From a virus: 64,000 nt of DNA. The position numbers were made by a program, and so were the translations under genes. This document shows, piece after piece, positions 60,679-64,000 of the stretch; position 1 is the first letter of the stretch, and each line of letters opens with the position of its first letter. The notes under the pieces were generated by a model that was not told the origin of the DNA, searched no databases, and saw only the letters and a program-made list of their open reading frames with translations. Where the stretch lies: positions 29,251-93,250 of IMG/VR virus record IMGVR_UViG_3300022821_000013, one strand, 5' to 3'.

Positions 60679-61074
60679 TTATAACATTATTAATATACCT
60701 AAAATCAACCCAGTTCCTAACCATAGTTCTTTTCTATCATACCATTTAGGTTGTAACTCTTCTATTCTTATCTTCTGTAGATTTATTATATCTTGATTTA
60801 ACTTCTGTGATTTATCATATTCAGTTAATAAAAATTGATGTTCTTTTATAGTTGACTTATATAGTTCTATTTGTGACATCCTATTATGTATAATACTATC
60901 TTTATTATCAGATATATCGGTTAATATTTCTATCTTCTTCTGTAACTCATATATCTTAAATCCATATTTATACAAGTTCTCTCTTGGTAAACAAGTATCA
61001 GATTTCATTATATCAACTTGCGAATATAAACTGTATGTTGATAATATGAATATTAATATTATTATTCTACTCAT
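60679..61074 (-). CDS. Spanin-like protein: signal peptide, coiled coil, C-terminal TM helix
   Basis: MSRIIILIFILSTYSLYS|Q...PKWYDRKELWLGTGLILGILIML; overlaps the upstream TM/coiled-coil gene. Confidence 0.45.
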   Translation of the reverse strand: MSRIIILIFILSTYSLYSQVDIMKSDTCLPRENLYKYGFKIYELQKKIEILTDISDNKDSIIHNRMSQIELYKSTIKEHQFLLTEYDKSQKLNQDIINLQKIRIEELQPKWYDRKELWLGTGLILGILIML

Positions 61075-61396
61075 TATCTATATTCCTAAGAATTGCTATT
61101 GATTCGTCATATGTTATTTTTTCTTGTTCTCTTATAGCTGAAAATGTGGCTATTAACTCTTGTTCTCTGGTATCTAACTCAGATAGTTTAATGTCTAATT
61201 CTTTTATGTTTCTATCTGAAACTTCTATATTATGTTTTAGTTCTTCTTTTCTACTTTCTATAAATTTAGATTCTGAACTTTTAGTATCTAACTTATTTTT
61301 ATTATCTTCTAATTTAGATTCTCTATTCTTTTTATCATAAACAAAAAATCCAATTATACCCAAAACAACAATAATTATATAATTTATAATTTCCAT
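61067..61396 (-). CDS. i-spanin-like protein: N-terminal TM + coiled coil
   Basis: IINYIIIVVLGIIGFFVY followed by a charged heptad region. Confidence 0.5.
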   Translation of the reverse strand: MEIINYIIIVVLGIIGFFVYDKKNRESKLEDNKNKLDTKSSESKFIESRKEELKHNIEVSDRNIKELDIKLSELDTREQELIATFSAIREQEKITYDESIAILRNIDNE

Positions 61397-61412
61397 AATA
61401 ACCTTAAATTTA

Positions 61413-61964
61413 TTAAAAAATACCTACCCATGGTATTGGTGGTGATGGTATTGGTCCAGTTGGAGAAGGAACCAAACCATTATAAACACCATTTATAGTC
61501 GTTGTATGCGTTCTTAACGCTAATATCATACTTTGTATGGTAATATTGGTTGTCTTACCACTAAACGCCATTAATGATGCTTTAAGTGCAACTTCCAATG
61601 AATTTATATCACCTGGAAATACAACTACACATGGAGTTGGTATTGGCATAGGTAATATAGTTGGTGGGTGAGGTGGTAATGGTGAAAATTGTGATCCAGC
61701 CCAAAACCCTACAAACCCACTAGCTACCAATTTCATATTTAACTTTGATGTGGCTCTAGCTAATAAAAATGCACTTTCTAAATTAGATTGTAATATAGCT
61801 TTGTTATAAGTTAATAAACTATTTTGTAACATTGTAGTTGCAGATAGCATTCCTATTTCATATGCATCTGCTATTGATTTAGCTGCGTCTCTTTCATTAG
61901 ATGGTCTTTTTTTTGTAAATATAATATCTAATTGAGTTTCTATCAACTTCCAATTTATAGCCAT
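61413..61964 (-). CDS. Hypothetical Pro-rich protein
   Basis: 183 aa, PLPPHPP, ends PSPTGPIPSPPIPWVGIF. Confidence 0.65.
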   Translation of the reverse strand: MAINWKLIETQLDIIFTKKRPSNERDAAKSIADAYEIGMLSATTMLQNSLLTYNKAILQSNLESAFLLARATSKLNMKLVASGFVGFWAGSQFSPLPPHPPTILPMPIPTPCVVVFPGDINSLEVALKASLMAFSGKTTNITIQSMILALRTHTTTINGVYNGLVPSPTGPIPSPPIPWVGIF

Positions 61965-61970
61965 TAAACC

Positions 61971-62492
61971 TTAATTTTTAAATTCTTTGATTACATATGA
62001 TATTATACCAGCTATAGCAGTTAACCCAAATACTATCATTTGCCAATTAGTTCTAGCCCATTTAAATACATCAATACTATCAGTAACTGTACTTATAGAC
62101 AATATTGGTGGGTTTAAATTTATCAGTTCGGTTACTTGTGCTAAATAACATATAAATTCACCATCTGAACTTCTAACTGGTGATACATTCAATAAAACCC
62201 AAACTATAACTCCAGTCTTAGTTATATAACGTTTCTTCATTCTATAAGATGGAACTTCACCATCATATATACGCTTGGTCATCTCAACATCAGAATCTAC
62301 ATCATCTGGGTGAGTTATTGATTGGAATGTTTTTAATTGTATTTCTGCTAGATTATATTCAATTACATTCAAATATATATCATTTGCATGTAGAATTAAA
62401 CCATCTTTGGATACTAATAATATCCCAACTATAGAGTTGTTCCATATACTATCAAATATATTCTCTTTCATAGATGAATCTATAACAAACAA
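61971..62492 (-). CDS. PAS/PAC domain protein with C-terminal transmembrane helix
   Basis: F...W.NS.VGILLVS.DG.I..AN..Y...I.Y...E....F..ITHPDD...Y.M.KRY..K.G...WV.L.VSPVR..DG....Y.AQV.E; TM WQMIVFGLTAIAGIISYVI. Confidence 0.88.
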   Translation of the reverse strand: MFVIDSSMKENIFDSIWNNSIVGILLVSKDGLILHANDIYLNVIEYNLAEIQLKTFQSITHPDDVDSDVEMTKRIYDGEVPSYRMKKRYITKTGVIVWVLLNVSPVRSSDGEFICYLAQVTELINLNPPILSISTVTDSIDVFKWARTNWQMIVFGLTAIAGIISYVIKEFKN

Positions 62493-62677
62493 GATAATTC
62501 CTCTATAACAACCTTAAATTCTGATGATCTAACGTTTTCATGACAACCTTTAATATCAGTACCACTACATAATTTATCAAGTACATAGTCTCTTAATTGG
62601 CATTTTAATGTACACCAATTTTCATTTTTCATATCATTGATAGTACACACATCACATTTATTAATACCATGTCTCAT
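62480..62677 (-). CDS. Small Cys-rich protein
   Basis: 65 aa with 7 Cys (CxxC, CxxxC, CxxxxxxxC); overlaps the PAS gene start. Confidence 0.55.
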   Translation of the reverse strand: MRHGINKCDVCTINDMKNENWCTLKCQLRDYVLDKLCSGTDIKGCHENVRSSEFKVVIEELSCLL

Positions 62678-62689
62678 TCATATTACCAT

Positions 62690-62968
62690 TTATTTATCGT
62701 TAAGACTTTTTATAGTTGCCTTAACTCTTCTAGTGGCATCTGTAAACTTTTCAGTTGCAGTTACACCTAATCCAACAACAACCAAATATAGAAACCCATC
62801 GAATATATAATCTAATATAATCATACCAAACCATAAATTACATACCCAAGTAATTATCATCACTAAAAACCCTAAAAATGTTATTAGTCTTTTAGATGAT
62901 AAATCACCATCTACATCAGAGAATATCTCTCTTAAATTTTTTAATAATGCTTCTAAAAAATTCTTCAC
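62690..62968 (-). CDS. Holin-like two-TM membrane protein
   Basis: SSKR followed by two hydrophobic helices and a basic C-terminal tail. Confidence 0.55.
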   Translation of the reverse strand: MKNFLEALLKNLREIFSDVDGDLSSKRLITFLGFLVMIITWVCNLWFGMIILDYIFDGFLYLVVVGLGVTATEKFTDATRRVKATIKSLNDK

Positions 62969-63573
62969 ATAACTTCCTCATCTGTTATATTATATTGTTT
63001 CTTAACTTCTGATTTATATCTCTCGAAATCATCAATTATATCTTTCTTCACTTGTTCTGGATCTAATTTAGACCATTTATCTACTGTTCCATTCTCTCGT
63101 ATAGTGCTAAAGTTCTCTAATGCATTCACCATATCTTGTAATTCTGTTTGTTTATCTTTAAGATAAGATATAGCATTTTGCTTAACTTTATTTTTTTCGT
63201 ATTCTTCCCAATTACCATCAACTCTAATTTTAGTTTCTAGTTTGGCTACACATTTACCACACATACCCATTAAATTTCTGAATTTCTTGTCTAATCTGGT
63301 TTCATTGTATTGATTTACATTACATATTTCCATAGGACATGAATTATATTTATTTATCTCTGCTCGAATATCGTCTAACTTGGTTACTTTAGATTTATAT
63401 CCATTCATCTGCTCCCATTCAATTCCATCTAACCCTACCCAAGTTTCACCTATCTTACGTTGAATATCTTTTTCATTACTACCATAACCAATTTGAACAT
63501 TTACAAAATCACCACTGAGAACTCGTTTTACATCATTAAGATTATTAATTTGTACTCTTTCTTTAGACATCAA
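62965..63573 (-). CDS. Hypothetical protein
   Basis: RKIGETW...G.EWEQ..GY, CP..C, C.KC, helical C-terminus. Confidence 0.7.
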   Translation of the reverse strand: MMSKERVQINNLNDVKRVLSGDFVNVQIGYGSNEKDIQRKIGETWVGLDGIEWEQMNGYKSKVTKLDDIRAEINKYNSCPMEICNVNQYNETRLDKKFRNLMGMCGKCVAKLETKIRVDGNWEEYEKNKVKQNAISYLKDKQTELQDMVNALENFSTIRENGTVDKWSKLDPEQVKKDIIDDFERYKSEVKKQYNITDEEVM

Positions 63574-63635
63574 ACACCTTTAAATTTACAATTTTATAAA
63601 TATAAATATAAATTAAAATACTATCAATCTATTAT

Positions 63636-63971
63636 TTAACGTTCATGTTCTATATTGTTTAATGATTCTTCCATTTTATTCAGTTGGTTTGTTAATGTAG
63701 TGTTATTAGCAGCTGCACTTTCCAAATTCATCTTTAATTCTTTAACTTCTGATTTGTTGTATATTTCTTCTAAATGTAATATACGTTCTTTTATATCATT
63801 ATCTGCTAATATAAGTCTCTCATGACGTTTATCAGTTCTATCTTGTAAAGCTGTAAAATTCCAATATATAGTTGATAATGTAAATGTTGCTGACACTAAC
63901 ATTGAAGTCCACAATGCAATTGCACCGATGCTTATATTTATTTTTTTATTGAATTCTTCTATATTTGCCAC
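63636..63971 (-). CDS. Membrane protein: N-terminal TM + coiled coil
   Basis: ISIGAIALWTSMLVSATFTLSTIYW followed by heptads. Confidence 0.6.
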   Translation of the reverse strand: MANIEEFNKKINISIGAIALWTSMLVSATFTLSTIYWNFTALQDRTDKRHERLILADNDIKERILHLEEIYNKSEVKELKMNLESAAANNTTLTNQLNKMEESLNNIEHER

Positions 63972-64000
63972 TTTAAATCCAAATTTATGATTTGATTCTG

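Noticed and set aside
3023-62434. Plus-strand ORFs in the six-frame track (e.g. 34920..35591, 55679..56212, 19118..19549)
   Set aside because: They lie antisense to well-supported minus-strand genes, have no recognisable motifs, and are best explained as codon-bias shadows.
1-64000. tRNA, rRNA or self-splicing intron genes
   Set aside because: No cloverleaf or TpsiC-like sequences were seen in the short AT-rich intergenic gaps, and core genes are uninterrupted apart from the intein. A tRNAscan/Infernal run would be needed to exclude them fully.

Overview
AT-rich segment of a large T4-like myovirus (Caudoviricetes); essentially all genes lie on the minus strand. From high to low coordinates it holds: a membrane/lysis-like cluster (holin-like, PAS-TM, spanin-like); terminase, portal, ribosomal protein bS21, prohead protease, scaffold and major capsid; an inserted Zn-finger/endonuclease/methyltransferase gene; PhoH; neck, sheath, tube, tail chaperone, tape measure and baseplate genes; a replication module (PolA-like, SSB, UvsX, 5'-3' exonuclease, helicase, intein-containing class II RNR, dUTPase, PolB, clamp, clamp loaders, dNMP kinase, PD-(D/E)xK nuclease); and a glycosyltransferase/dioxygenase cluster. 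Five TTTG-N20-TAAGTTTG promoters and a type IX secretion sorting signal point to a Bacteroidota/FCB-group host. The most unusual items are a stand-alone phage gene for an apparent T9SS cargo protein, a membrane-anchored PAS protein inside the lysis-like cluster, bS21 together with Shine-Dalgarno use, a Gln-ending HNH intein, a +1/-2 slippery site in the tail chaperone, and a baseplate protein with about 17 x 39-aa repeats plus an OmpA-like domain. All functional calls come from recognising motifs by eye; no searches were run.
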